DNA of 64,000 nt from Methanotrichaceae archaeon (GTDB lineage: Archaea; Halobacteriota; Methanosarcinia; Methanotrichales; Methanotrichaceae), in the NCBI GenBank assembly GCA_963748825.1, contig CAVVKN010000010.1, positions 1 through 64,000 on the forward strand, read 5' to 3'. The notes beneath the pieces were generated by a model. It saw only the letters and a list, made by a program, of their open reading frames with translations, did not search any database and was not told the origin of the DNA. Shown piece by piece: positions 1 through 9,779 of the stretch; the first letter of the stretch is position 1, and every line of letters begins with the position of its first letter. Made by a program: the position numbers and the translations under genes.

Positions 1-373
1 TCGCCTATTTTATTGAAGTTTTTCATTATCCTCACTGCATCATCTTTGCTTATCTGGGTCTTTATCATCTTGGATGATATGCAGCGCAGAGACTTCTTCT
101 GCCTTTTAACTGCATCGTTGTCACTGACCTTATCATTAAGGCCGAAATCTTTAAACAGATGTTCCTTATCAGTCTTGGCCCTAGCATATACCGGCAATAA
201 CATATATGTGACCATTTTGCTTTAGTCCCCGAGATACATGACATAGTAAATTATAAAATATTTCGCTAATATTCCAGCTTCGTGCGAGATGGGATCTGCC
301 ATCGGCATTGGACTGCAAGTGTAAAAGACATGATCTGAGGAGTCAGGCACAGTTTTATTTATCCTCTCCATAT

Positions 374-1351
374 TTATTTAGGCTTGCAGCCGTTAGCTGA
401 TTTTACCAGGCCGTATAATGCCTCGTTTACGGGAACCTCTATATTATGCTTCTTTGCCAGGCGAATGATGTAGCCGTTTATGGAGTCGATCTCCGTCGTC
501 CTCCCCTTTAAAACATCCTGGAGCATGCTGGAAGTATTTCCAAATGTCTTCTCGGCCACGGAATATACCACCTCAATAACACTCTTTTCGTCCCTCGTTA
601 TGCCTTCCTTTGCGGCAACGTTCACTACTTCTCTGACCGCGCTCTCCACAGTGTTTTTGAGGACGGAGGATAAAACAACCCCGTTCTCCCGGCGGGTTAT
701 AGCGGTTATGGGATTAATCACGGAGTTGACGAAGAGCTTACTGTATTGATGCTCCTTAAAATCCGGGGCAAATTCCATCTCAAAGCCATTCTCCAAAAAC
801 CGATCCCTCATAAATTTCTTATTATCCTCACCGATTTTTCCCTCTAGAATGGTTTTTCCCTTTCCTTTCAGCTCCACCATGCCGTCCTCTGAGAACTTGA
901 CTCCCAGAGAGGTGATGCCTTCTAATACTCTAGAATCGGGCAGATCAAGCTCATCAAAGACTTCCCTATTTCCCATGCCATTCATCAACAATATGAAGAG
1001 GGCATTCTTCAGCCGTCCTTGCAGCAGGCCAGACTTTTTCAATTCATCGCAGACAGCGGGCAGAGAGTAGGTCTTAACACATACTATTATGATCTCAGGA
1101 CAAAAATCCGATGCTTTCAGGTCATCAAGGTCTGCAAAGCAGTGTTTGAATTTCAAAAGCTTTCTGCCTTCGGGAAGACATATCTGCAGGCCGAGATTTT
1201 TTATTCTATTCATATGGCTCTTTCTTCCCAGGAGAGCCACGTTTTCGATTTTGCTTCCGATTAAATCAAGAGCATCTGAGAGAAGATATCCCATGAAAGA
1301 GCCAATGGCTCCCGCCCCGTAAATCAAGACATATGCCATTTCATTCATCAA
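374..1351 (-). CDS. panE: 2-dehydropantoate 2-reductase (ketopantoate reductase)
   Basis: N-terminal Rossmann motif IYGAGAIG, VKTY, MNGMGN, KLFVNSVINPITAI and C-terminal SSMLQD...TEIDSING motifs of the ApbA/PanE family. Confidence 0.9.
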   Translation of the reverse strand: MMNEMAYVLIYGAGAIGSFMGYLLSDALDLIGSKIENVALLGRKSHMNRIKNLGLQICLPEGRKLLKFKHCFADLDDLKASDFCPEIIIVCVKTYSLPAVCDELKKSGLLQGRLKNALFILLMNGMGNREVFDELDLPDSRVLEGITSLGVKFSEDGMVELKGKGKTILEGKIGEDNKKFMRDRFLENGFEMEFAPDFKEHQYSKLFVNSVINPITAITRRENGVVLSSVLKNTVESAVREVVNVAAKEGITRDEKSVIEVVYSVAEKTFGNTSSMLQDVLKGRTTEIDSINGYIIRLAKKHNIEVPVNEALYGLVKSANGCKPK

Positions 1352-1444
1352 TCACTTGCCCCTATAAAAAATCTTTTTCGAGCGTCAAGCTGATAATTCT
1401 GCAAAAATACAATTAGAATAAAAAAAATGGTTAAGCGGCCAAGC

Positions 1445-2797
1445 CTACACATTGAGCTGGTAAGCGTAGCCGGCCTTGAAGTACTTGTAATCCGAGAACG
1501 TAAGCCCGCTGCCATCTATGGCGATGTTATGATACTGATTTCCCGGCACATTGATTGTCACGGTACCGTCGGGATCTCCTGTCATTCCCTCGGTGGCCTG
1601 ATAGCTGCCGTCGACATAGACATTATACCCTCGCAGCCAGGCTGAACTGATGGTGACTGCCGCGAAATTATAGACCGGCTGGGCAGGAGGCTGGTAGGGC
1701 ACTACATCTATTACTATCACATTGCTGGGCTGGCCGTCAATATTGAAGAACAACTGATGCTGCCCCACCGCATCAGCATAGAATCCTATCTGGTTGTAGG
1801 GATAGAAGTAGTAGCTGTTCATATCCAGGCTTCCGTCCGGATATACTTCGTAGAGATAGCCATTACCTCCGGCGGACGACATGGTGACCATATTGAGCAT
1901 AGAGCCCAAAGGAACCATGGCATACTGAGTCCAGCTGGTGGCTCCAGAAATCCAGAGAGAGTTTGTGCCGGTGCTGAGAGCATAGGTCTGATACTGCGCG
2001 TAGGGCACAGCCTTTTGCGTGGAGCCGAAGTAGAGCATGGCTGGCTCCACCTCCTTCAAATCGATTTTAGTAGGTGCCGTGAGCTGACCTTCAGGAGTCC
2101 CGGAGGTAGAGCGGTAGTACTGGGAGAACTTCTGCAAAGCAACCTGGCTGGAAGTAGTCTGGCTGGAAGTCTGACTGGGCGCCTGACTGGATGCTTGGCC
2201 TAATAACTGGCCAGCGCTCTGGTCAATTGCTGGATTGGACTGTAGCTGAAAGCTATTGGCCCTAGTCATACCCTGAGTTTCAGACTGCAAACCCGCAGAC
2301 ATCGTCTGCCCACTGAGGCTGAGGGGCTTTTCACTCCAGGATGCAGATCCTGCTCCTTTCGAGCCAGTCATTTCCGATCCCGAGGATGGCGAACCCTGCA
2401 ACACAGCAGTACCTTTTACAGTGATCGTCCCTTGCATGCCTGAGTGAATGCTGCAATGATAGCCGAAGCTGCCAGGAGCATTGAATTTGAAGGCGAACTT
2501 CTTTCCCGGCATTAGCACCCCTGAATCAAATAAGCCTTGATCGCTGGTAACAGTATGCTGCACGCCATCCTGATTGTGCCACTCTACAGTTGCTCCAACG
2601 GGCACGGTCAAGGTTGAAGGCATAAACGAGTTGTCCTTGATATTTACCGTGGTTGCAGAGCCGGATGTATCGTCAACCTGATTGAGTTTCACACCACCGA
2701 AATTGTACCCAACTTGCTGTTCGAGCTTTATTTCGGATACAGCGCCTGATAAGCTGATCAGGGTTAACAGGATCAACGTTACTACATATATTTTCAT
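1445..2797 (-). CDS. Secreted protein with plastocyanin/cupredoxin domain, S/Q-rich linker and C-terminal beta-rich domains
   Basis: Signal peptide MKIYVVTLILLTLISLSGA; type-1 Cu ligand pattern QHTVT...YHCSIHSGM; low-complexity linker; C-terminal YNVYVDG (PEGA-like). Confidence 0.8.
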   Translation of the reverse strand: MKIYVVTLILLTLISLSGAVSEIKLEQQVGYNFGGVKLNQVDDTSGSATTVNIKDNSFMPSTLTVPVGATVEWHNQDGVQHTVTSDQGLFDSGVLMPGKKFAFKFNAPGSFGYHCSIHSGMQGTITVKGTAVLQGSPSSGSEMTGSKGAGSASWSEKPLSLSGQTMSAGLQSETQGMTRANSFQLQSNPAIDQSAGQLLGQASSQAPSQTSSQTTSSQVALQKFSQYYRSTSGTPEGQLTAPTKIDLKEVEPAMLYFGSTQKAVPYAQYQTYALSTGTNSLWISGATSWTQYAMVPLGSMLNMVTMSSAGGNGYLYEVYPDGSLDMNSYYFYPYNQIGFYADAVGQHQLFFNIDGQPSNVIVIDVVPYQPPAQPVYNFAAVTISSAWLRGYNVYVDGSYQATEGMTGDPDGTVTINVPGNQYHNIAIDGSGLTFSDYKYFKAGYAYQLNV

Positions 2798-2938
2798 AAA
2801 CTAAACCCCCATTTCTTCATAGATACGGACCTATAAGAATAAATATTTTTTCGAGGAAAACGGTTACAAAATAAGGGACATAAAAACAAATGAGCCGCAA
2901 CACATAGTCACGGCTCATCGTCCTTCAAAACAATGGCT

Positions 2939-4231
2939 TCACTCTTCCGGCTCATCCCGGAAGATGGTCTGCTCCCTTCCCGGCCCCACGGAAACGGCAG
3001 AAATGCAGTTATCCAGCGGCTCAATATAGAGCAGATCCTCCAGCCGCTCAACATAAGCCCGGGCATTGGCCGGCAGATCGTCATACTCTTTGATTTCAGT
3101 AATATCCTCTGTCCAGCCAGGCATGTCCTCATAAATGGGCTTGCATCTGGCCAGGTCAATTGTGCTCTCCGGGGGATAACCTATGGTCTCGCCATCGAGC
3201 GTATAGCCGACGCAGATTTTTATGGGATTTATGCCCGTCAGCACATCCAGCTTGGTTAGAGCCAGCTCCGTGTAGCCGTTCAAGTGTACGGACTTCAGGC
3301 CCAAGACGGCGTCAAACCAGCCGCAGCGTCTGGCTCTGCCCGTGGTCGTGCCGTACTCTGCACCCTTCTCTCGCATCATCACGCCCAGAGCATCTTTTAG
3401 CTCCGTGGGCATGGGACCTTCTCCGACGCGGGTGATATAGGCCTTGATCACGCCGACCACGTTGTCCACCATTACCGGGCCGACGCCCAGATTGGCGCAG
3501 GCGCTTCCCGCAGTAGTGAAGCTGGAGGTCACGAACTTCTGCGTGCCGTGGATGACATCCAGAAATGCTCCCTGAGCGCCTTCGGCCAGTACGCTCTTGT
3601 CCTCGATGAGAGCGGTGTTGATCTCACGCGAGACATCAGTCACCCTGTCTTTCAGGCGTTTTCCGATCTCAAGATACTCATCGATGTATGGCGCATACCT
3701 GACCACGGTGGGGTCGCCGCCCATGTCGGCGATGGCCTTCTCCTTGGCTGGACCGATCTCCTTGAGCTTGGCCTCCAGCAGAGCCGGGTCGGTGAGATCT
3801 CCCATCTGCACCTCCTCGCGAGCAATCTTGTCCACGTAGGCAAACCCAATGCCACGGTTGGTGGTGCCGATCTTCTCCGTCCTGGCCTTTTCACGTAGCC
3901 CATCCAGCTCGATGTGATAGGGCATGATGATGGTCGTCTTGGCGTCGATGCCAATATCGACCTTGATGCCCTCTGATTCCAGGGCCTGGATCTCGCTCCA
4001 CAGGACGCGGGGATTGAGCACCACGCCCGGGCCGATAAGCAGCCTTCTGCCGAAGATAGCGCCGCTTGGGACCAGATGCAGCTTGTACTTCTTGCCGCCT
4101 ACAACCACGGTATGGCCGGCGTTGTCGCCTCCCTGGAAGCGAACCACAACATCGTAATTTTCGGCCAGCAGATCAATAACTTTGCCTTTGCCTTCATCAC
4201 CAAACTGTGCACCGGTGAGTATAGTAAACAT
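2939..4231 (-). CDS. purA: Adenylosuccinate synthetase
   Basis: GAQFGDEGKGK, GGDNAGHT, EGAQG, GTTTGRARRCGW motifs; start placed at ATG 4231. Confidence 0.97.
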   Translation of the reverse strand: MFTILTGAQFGDEGKGKVIDLLAENYDVVVRFQGGDNAGHTVVVGGKKYKLHLVPSGAIFGRRLLIGPGVVLNPRVLWSEIQALESEGIKVDIGIDAKTTIIMPYHIELDGLREKARTEKIGTTNRGIGFAYVDKIAREEVQMGDLTDPALLEAKLKEIGPAKEKAIADMGGDPTVVRYAPYIDEYLEIGKRLKDRVTDVSREINTALIEDKSVLAEGAQGAFLDVIHGTQKFVTSSFTTAGSACANLGVGPVMVDNVVGVIKAYITRVGEGPMPTELKDALGVMMREKGAEYGTTTGRARRCGWFDAVLGLKSVHLNGYTELALTKLDVLTGINPIKICVGYTLDGETIGYPPESTIDLARCKPIYEDMPGWTEDITEIKEYDDLPANARAYVERLEDLLYIEPLDNCISAVSVGPGREQTIFRDEPEE

Positions 4232-4241
4232 GAGTCTCACG

Positions 4242-5135
4242 TCAACGGCCACGTAGATAACAATTTTGATGCACGTGCTCGGCGATAGCCTCCGTCACAT
4301 CCACGCCCAAGACCTCGAAGATGCCCTTTCCCGAGGGCGTTCCATTCACCTCGATGACACAGAGCCCCTGCTCGGTCTCCAGGAGATCCACGCCGCAGTA
4401 GATCGCGCCCACTGCCTTTGCGGCCTTTGCAGAAAGCTCCACCAGCTCTTTGGTTACAGGACAGACGACTGCCTGGCCGCCGCGGGCCAGGTTGCTGATC
4501 CACTGGCCTGGAGGAGCAACGCGATAGATGGCGCCCAGAACCTTTCCGTCGACCACAAAGGCGCGGATATCGCGGGGAGAATCGATAGCGATGAACTCCT
4601 GCAGGTAGACCAGCCCCTGTTTCTCCACGGTATCCTTGAGCAGGGCAATGTCGGCCTCAATGCCGTCCTCCAGAAGAATTATGTCTCTGCCCTTGTAGCC
4701 GAAGAGGGGCTTGGAGACGGCTTTTTTAAAATCCTGCAGGGCATTTAGGGCCTCCTTGAGGCTGTTGGTGACAAAAGTCCTGGGAGTGGCAGCTCCGGCA
4801 TCGTGCAAAGCCCTGGAAGTGGCGAACTTGTTGGCCGCCCGGGCGATGGCCTGGGGCGGGTTGATGATGGCAATGCCTCTCTCTTGCAGGGCTTGCAAGG
4901 CCTCAAAGCGGAAGGCGACATCGCTTGCCCCCCTTCGGCCCAGGTCCCGCACGACTATGGCATCCAGGTTCAGGAGATCGACTCCAGCGCAGCTAAAAGA
5001 CTGACCGCTGTTGATGGCGGCGGCAAGCTCTGAGAAGTTCAGGAAGAAAGCATCTATACCCTTTTTAGAGAAGGAGGCGAGGAGTGCCTGGGCCGTCCAA
5101 TCCAGGGGGTCGGAGACCACAATTGCAATCTGCAT
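4242..5135 (-). CDS. mptN: RimK-family ATP-grasp ligase, probably tetrahydromethanopterin:alpha-L-glutamate ligase
   Basis: ATP-grasp motifs KPLFGYKG, YLQEFI, DIRAFVV, WISNLARGG, GVDLL, EVNGTP; methanogen context. Confidence 0.8.
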   Translation of the reverse strand: MQIAIVVSDPLDWTAQALLASFSKKGIDAFFLNFSELAAAINSGQSFSCAGVDLLNLDAIVVRDLGRRGASDVAFRFEALQALQERGIAIINPPQAIARAANKFATSRALHDAGAATPRTFVTNSLKEALNALQDFKKAVSKPLFGYKGRDIILLEDGIEADIALLKDTVEKQGLVYLQEFIAIDSPRDIRAFVVDGKVLGAIYRVAPPGQWISNLARGGQAVVCPVTKELVELSAKAAKAVGAIYCGVDLLETEQGLCVIEVNGTPSGKGIFEVLGVDVTEAIAEHVHQNCYLRGR

Positions 5136-5215
5136 GAGCGAGAAGATTGGCGGGCTGATATATCACGGTTGCCTAAGTGAGATCCGGCCATTGGAGAAAA
5201 GCGTCCTCTGAGCCC

Positions 5216-6370
5216 TCACCGCTCGTTATACTCATGCATGTTATTCTTGCTTTTCTGAGTCGATGCCGATGAACTGCCGATGTATTGCCGATAAACTGCC
5301 GATAACGAGTAAGCCCGCCCTCGCCTTGAGGAGTCGGCCACCTCCAGCCAGCCGTCATCCACCCAACCTTTGAGAAGATTTCTGGCCATGCGCTCGGACA
5401 GTCCCAACTCGGAGGCTACCTCGGGAGCTGTGATGCGATCCTTCCCGGCGAAGAGGCCCAGCACTACCCGTGCCCTGTGGTCCAGGCGGCGCATAGCCTC
5501 GGGCTCAATCGGGTGGCCCTCGGCCCCGCACCTTTCAGCCTTAAGTCGAACTGCCTCGAAGACCTCAGCCAAGGTGGAGACGAAATACTCCAGCCATGCT
5601 GTGAGGTCGGCCTCCTCCCTGCCAAAATAGTAGTTGTGATGAGGATGAGATGTTAAGGCGCGGTAGTATCCCTGCAGGTCGCGGGCATAGTGCTCTTCAA
5701 GCGAGAAGAAGCCGTTCAAACCGTAGCCGCATTTGTGCAGGATGAAGGTAGCCAGCAGACGGGCTGTTCTGCCGTTGCCGTCGTAGTAGGGATGGATCGT
5801 TACAAACTGGTAGTGAACCAGTCCGGCCACGAGCGGAGCCGGCAGCTTTGCCTCTTCCGCATCGCTGGCCCACTGAACCAAAGCGGCCATGAGAGCCGGG
5901 ACATCCCTGGCCTCCGGGGGCAGATAGATCAGGCTGCCGGAAATGGAATTACGAATGGCGTTCTGGCCCTCCCGGTAAGGTGTGGGCCTGGCTCTGGGGC
6001 CATATTCTATCAGAGCATGCAGTCTCTTGATCAGATCTTCTGTAAGGGGCTTTTTCTTCCTGGCCCACTCCTCCACGCGCAGGAGAGCGTTCCAGTAATT
6101 ACGGACCTCGGAGACGTCCCTATCTCTGCCTTCGATCTCGGTTTTTTCGTCGCAGATGACGGCTTTTGCCTCCTCAAGAGTCAAGCGGTTGCCCTCGATG
6201 AAAGTGGAGAAGTGGGAGGATCGAACACGGGCGCGGGCGCGCAGGGCGGCCTCCGCCGAAGGCGAGAGCGGCGTGCGGTCCACTAAAGCTCGCGCCGCCT
6301 CGATCTGCATAAGGCCGCGGGCGATGGCGGGGGTGAGGGTGAAACGGGGGGACCAGATGGGGGATGTCAT
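5216..6370 (-). CDS. Fic-domain protein with C-terminal winged HTH
   Basis: Canonical Fic motif HPYYDGNGRTAR; STFIEGN motif; C-terminal ITAPEVASELGLSERMARNLL HTH. Confidence 0.9.
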   Translation of the reverse strand: MTSPIWSPRFTLTPAIARGLMQIEAARALVDRTPLSPSAEAALRARARVRSSHFSTFIEGNRLTLEEAKAVICDEKTEIEGRDRDVSEVRNYWNALLRVEEWARKKKPLTEDLIKRLHALIEYGPRARPTPYREGQNAIRNSISGSLIYLPPEARDVPALMAALVQWASDAEEAKLPAPLVAGLVHYQFVTIHPYYDGNGRTARLLATFILHKCGYGLNGFFSLEEHYARDLQGYYRALTSHPHHNYYFGREEADLTAWLEYFVSTLAEVFEAVRLKAERCGAEGHPIEPEAMRRLDHRARVVLGLFAGKDRITAPEVASELGLSERMARNLLKGWVDDGWLEVADSSRRGRAYSLSAVYRQYIGSSSASTQKSKNNMHEYNER

Positions 6371-6389
6371 TTAGATTTTTCCCAAGGCA

Positions 6390-7412
6390 TCATTTTCTTT
6401 TTGCATTGATTATTTCTGGAATAAGTTTTAGAACAGGATAATGGAATTCTTTTGTTTCTACAAGTCTTCGAATTTTAATGCGTATTACATCTGCCAGTGG
6501 CAAAGAATTTTCTAAGATAAAAAAAAGATCCTGTCCATCAATTCCTATTATTGAAGTTGGCTGAAGCCTCTGAAAGGCATATACACCATCTTTTGAAAAA
6601 CAGCCGCATGTAATAAAAATTCCACGACCGAATGCACAATGCCCTAAAGCGCGACTATGCAACGGCAGCAAATCCTTTTCTTGAATTGGTAGAGTCTGCC
6701 ATTTCGCTTCAATCAGGTAAACCTGATTATCGAACTCAATACTTCCATCAATTTGTTCTCCCTTAATTTTAAAAGATGGCCTTGGATTAAATCCATGCAT
6801 GTCAAATAGGTCATAGAGAAATTTTTCTAATTCATATCCCCTCTGATGGGGTTCAAGCTTTTCAATCTGCCCGAAACGTTGCTTTAGGTCTTTAATTTTT
6901 TCAAAATTAGTCTTTTCTTCCTTTTTTATTTTATCATCTAAATTCGACTTTGATCTAGGCAAACGGGAAATAAAATTTGGATCTACTAGCTCCGGAATTT
7001 TGAATCCGACGCCTACAATCAATTTATTTAATCGAGTCATTTCTTCTTGCGTTATAGGATTGCCTTTCTTGCTTCGATATTTCAGTCCCTCCTTTGTAAT
7101 GCGAATCATTAAAGGGCAGAACTTCTCTCTCCTTGTTCCGAGCGTGGATTCTAGTAATGTTTGAATGGCAGGGAGCTTGCTTCCGCCAGGCCATAGGTTT
7201 CCAATTCCAGTATCTTTGGCAACAGTGCTGAAATCAATTTTAGGCCTTGAGTAGGGGTTTGCATCACCAGGAATAAAAGTGTAGAGGGCATTTGCCAACT
7301 CTGTAATTGCTCTTATTTCATTTAGGGTTAATTCGGGCATCGAGACGTCACCACATCCAATACTTAATATATATTGCAGCATTGTAACCAATTTTGATTG
7401 AGTACACTCCAT
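6390..7412 (-). CDS. Mrr-like PD-(D/E)XK restriction endonuclease with N-terminal helical domain
   Basis: RGYELEKFLYDLF...EQIDG...YLIEAKW catalytic pattern; AT-rich; real start may be ATG at 7340 (MPEL). Confidence 0.75.
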   Translation of the reverse strand: MECTQSKLVTMLQYILSIGCGDVSMPELTLNEIRAITELANALYTFIPGDANPYSRPKIDFSTVAKDTGIGNLWPGGSKLPAIQTLLESTLGTRREKFCPLMIRITKEGLKYRSKKGNPITQEEMTRLNKLIVGVGFKIPELVDPNFISRLPRSKSNLDDKIKKEEKTNFEKIKDLKQRFGQIEKLEPHQRGYELEKFLYDLFDMHGFNPRPSFKIKGEQIDGSIEFDNQVYLIEAKWQTLPIQEKDLLPLHSRALGHCAFGRGIFITCGCFSKDGVYAFQRLQPTSIIGIDGQDLFFILENSLPLADVIRIKIRRLVETKEFHYPVLKLIPEIINAKRK

Positions 7413-7609
7413 CAGGAACTCATAACATTTGCCTCATCGCAATTCTCCTTTGACCGATTTGAGGGTCACATAAGAATATATTAATATCGGTCTTGGAGCT
7501 GTGTCACTTTCGGAAAGAAAGCGACTGTTTGCTCTAATGCATCTCCTCATCTCGTGAACTTTAAATACAAGTACAAAGAATAAATTTCAGCCCTCAAATC
7601 GTAAAGGAA

Positions 7610-8167
7610 TTGCGCATGTCGAAAGGAGATCCCCCTGTCAGGCTAAATCCCGCCGCTTATGAGGCCTGGTTATCTGAGAATCCAAAGATCGTCGATGGCG
7701 GCCCGATCGAACTGGTGGCAGATCTCGATTACGATGATGAAGACGCAGTTATTCTTGAAGCGCATCATGTAAATTCTCAAATTCTGCCCAAGCATTATGC
7801 AGATAAAACCATAATAATAGGTGAGTATAACGAGTTCACGGGATTCAAGATCTATGTCACTCCCCAAGGCTATGATTATTTATTGATGGCCCACCAAAAA
7901 CACCCAGAAGGTGAGTTCATGACGGCTGATGGCGGACGATATGGAAATCACCCTCACTTCCATGAACTGGATCTCTATCGCTCCCGAAGCGAAAACGAGC
8001 CCGAAACCCGCCGCATTGTAACCGATAAGCTTAATGAGGGTATAACTTCAGCAGAGCTATTGGAAGCATTCATGATCAAGTACTACTTAGATGATAATCG
8101 CACACACCCAATTCAGTCGCCAATAAGAAATGGAAGGCAGCGGGGGTTGGACGAGTTTGGTAACTGA
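7610..8167 (+). CDS. Hypothetical protein with H...HPHFH motif (DUF6978-like)
   Basis: AHQKHPEG...GNHPHFHELD His cluster; overlaps the downstream DUF1828-like gene. Confidence 0.5.
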   Translation: MRMSKGDPPVRLNPAAYEAWLSENPKIVDGGPIELVADLDYDDEDAVILEAHHVNSQILPKHYADKTIIIGEYNEFTGFKIYVTPQGYDYLLMAHQKHPEGEFMTADGGRYGNHPHFHELDLYRSRSENEPETRRIVTDKLNEGITSAELLEAFMIKYYLDDNRTHPIQSPIRNGRQRGLDEFGN

Positions 8168-8966
8168 AATACAGTTGGATGTATTTAACAAAATAAAAGA
8201 AAAAATATACAATACGGTTAGATACAACGCCGTATCCAAGAATGCCATCGAAGTAAAAACCCCATTCTTGGACTGGAAAGGAGCACAAATATCGATCTTC
8301 ATCACCGAAGATGGACAAATCACTGACGGCGGGCAGATTCTCAGCCAGCTAAAGTCTCTAAGAGTGATAGAGGATTATAATAATTGGGAATTTAAGCTGG
8401 ATTTCCTGCATCGATCTTGCATAGAGCAAGTCAGGGGAAGCCTTCAGGCAGCCGATGGCGAGGCTCAATCCATCCTGAAATACATTCAAGGAATTGCGAG
8501 ACTTCCTAATTATTTCGAGCCAAGGCCGATTTATTCAACCTCAGATAAATTCCCAATCAAAGTTCGCAGGGTTGCAATTGAGGCACTGATGGCCTTTGCT
8601 CCCCAGGATTCTAGAAAAGATCCTCGTCTTTGGGCATCTGAATTTGTCAAAGAAAGAAAAATTAAGCTTAACGGCATTGAAGTTCAAAGTGACATGTCAC
8701 CTAAAAAGTACCACAGAATGGTTCAAATCATCAGCCACTCCACTTCCGGCTCCTCAGACCGAAAGCAACACGTCTCTGCAAAGGTGCTGGACTTTGTCCT
8801 CTTGAAGAGAAAAAACTCCAAGGCGGAGATGTTCGCCGTCGTGGAAGACATAAGTCCATACCCTCTTGAATCGAGAAACTTGCTCAAAGAAGAATCCGAT
8901 GAAATAATTCAACTGAAACGCGAGAACTCTGCATCACGGCTCACCGAGATCCTCTTAGAAAATTAA
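8130..8966 (+). CDS. DUF1828-like protein with degenerate C-terminal nuclease-like region
   Basis: IEVKTPFLDWKGAQISIFI...ITDGGQILSQL matches the TPF-D...TD-G pattern of DUF1828; start uncertain. Confidence 0.6.
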   Translation: MEGSGGWTSLVTEIQLDVFNKIKEKIYNTVRYNAVSKNAIEVKTPFLDWKGAQISIFITEDGQITDGGQILSQLKSLRVIEDYNNWEFKLDFLHRSCIEQVRGSLQAADGEAQSILKYIQGIARLPNYFEPRPIYSTSDKFPIKVRRVAIEALMAFAPQDSRKDPRLWASEFVKERKIKLNGIEVQSDMSPKKYHRMVQIISHSTSGSSDRKQHVSAKVLDFVLLKRKNSKAEMFAVVEDISPYPLESRNLLKEESDEIIQLKRENSASRLTEILLEN

Positions 8967-9248
8967 ATTAATTTTTAGCCAATAGAATAATATAAATTTT
9001 GCGCCGAATGTGAAAGTTTCTCCAGATCTTTCGCCTCGACGTTCCGCTTTTCCTGCTCCTCGTAAAAGCTCCGTGAGCCTCCGGGCGAAATCAAATATCA
9101 AATCGCTTCTTTGCAAGCTGGTTGCTTTCGTCTTCTATCTCGCGCTCTACCTCCTCGTGATCGATGTCTTTCGCCTTTTCAATGGCCTCTTTCAGAAGAG
9201 ATCGCAGCTTGATCTTTTTAATCGCAAAGACTCCTCCATTTAGGAAGT

Positions 9249-9779
9249 CTAGCCGAGCTCTTGTTTGCAAAATCTCAGCACGCATCTTCCTTCTCCCCGG
9301 CAGATCCTCTCCTCACGCTCGAATCCAATCTCCCGGCCCTCGCCCTCACCTGGCTTCCCCTCTCCTTCCGCCGCCCGAAACTCGCTCGCCCACACCGAGT
9401 TCTCCACCCTGCAGATCAGTTCGCTTACCCGCTCCGACAAATTTCCGCGTCCCGACTTTATCATGATATCATGCCAGGGACACCTCTTGACAATCACAGC
9501 AAAGCCATCCTCCCGCATCTCCATCTCATATTCAAAGCCCTCCAGGGTCAGGCGAGCGGACAGTGCCTCCTGTAGCCCCTGTAGGCCGCCTTCCAAATGC
9601 ATCATTCCCTTGAGGGCGCGGGCCTGAATCTTGGGCAGAACCTTCCAGACAGCCTCGTCCAGCCGCAAGGCTTCATCAAAGCCCAGCCTCTCCTCGACCT
9701 TCATGAACCACAGCCCATCAACAGCTGTGTAGGATCGCCGGAAATACTCCGTCTTCTGCTCATCGGTTAAACCGGTCAT
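9249..9779 (-). CDS. DUF6125-like protein (V4R/H-NOX-like ligand-binding fold)
   Basis: YTAVDGLWFMKVEE, RCPWH, ICR, RCVLRF Cys pattern; ATG at 9779 overlaps the TGA of the upstream TPR gene (ATGA). Confidence 0.65.
   Translation of the reverse strand: MTGLTDEQKTEYFRRSYTAVDGLWFMKVEERLGFDEALRLDEAVWKVLPKIQARALKGMMHLEGGLQGLQEALSARLTLEGFEYEMEMREDGFAVIVKRCPWHDIMIKSGRGNLSERVSELICRVENSVWASEFRAAEGEGKPGEGEGREIGFEREERICRGEGRCVLRFCKQELG

Noticed and set aside
1-243. Possible gene at the window start
   Set aside because: Short open frames on both strands with no recognisable motif; cannot be supported
9091-9285. 64-aa ORF resembling an AbrB-type antitoxin tail
   Set aside because: Overlaps the upstream gene end, lacks a convincing start and partner; at best a fragment
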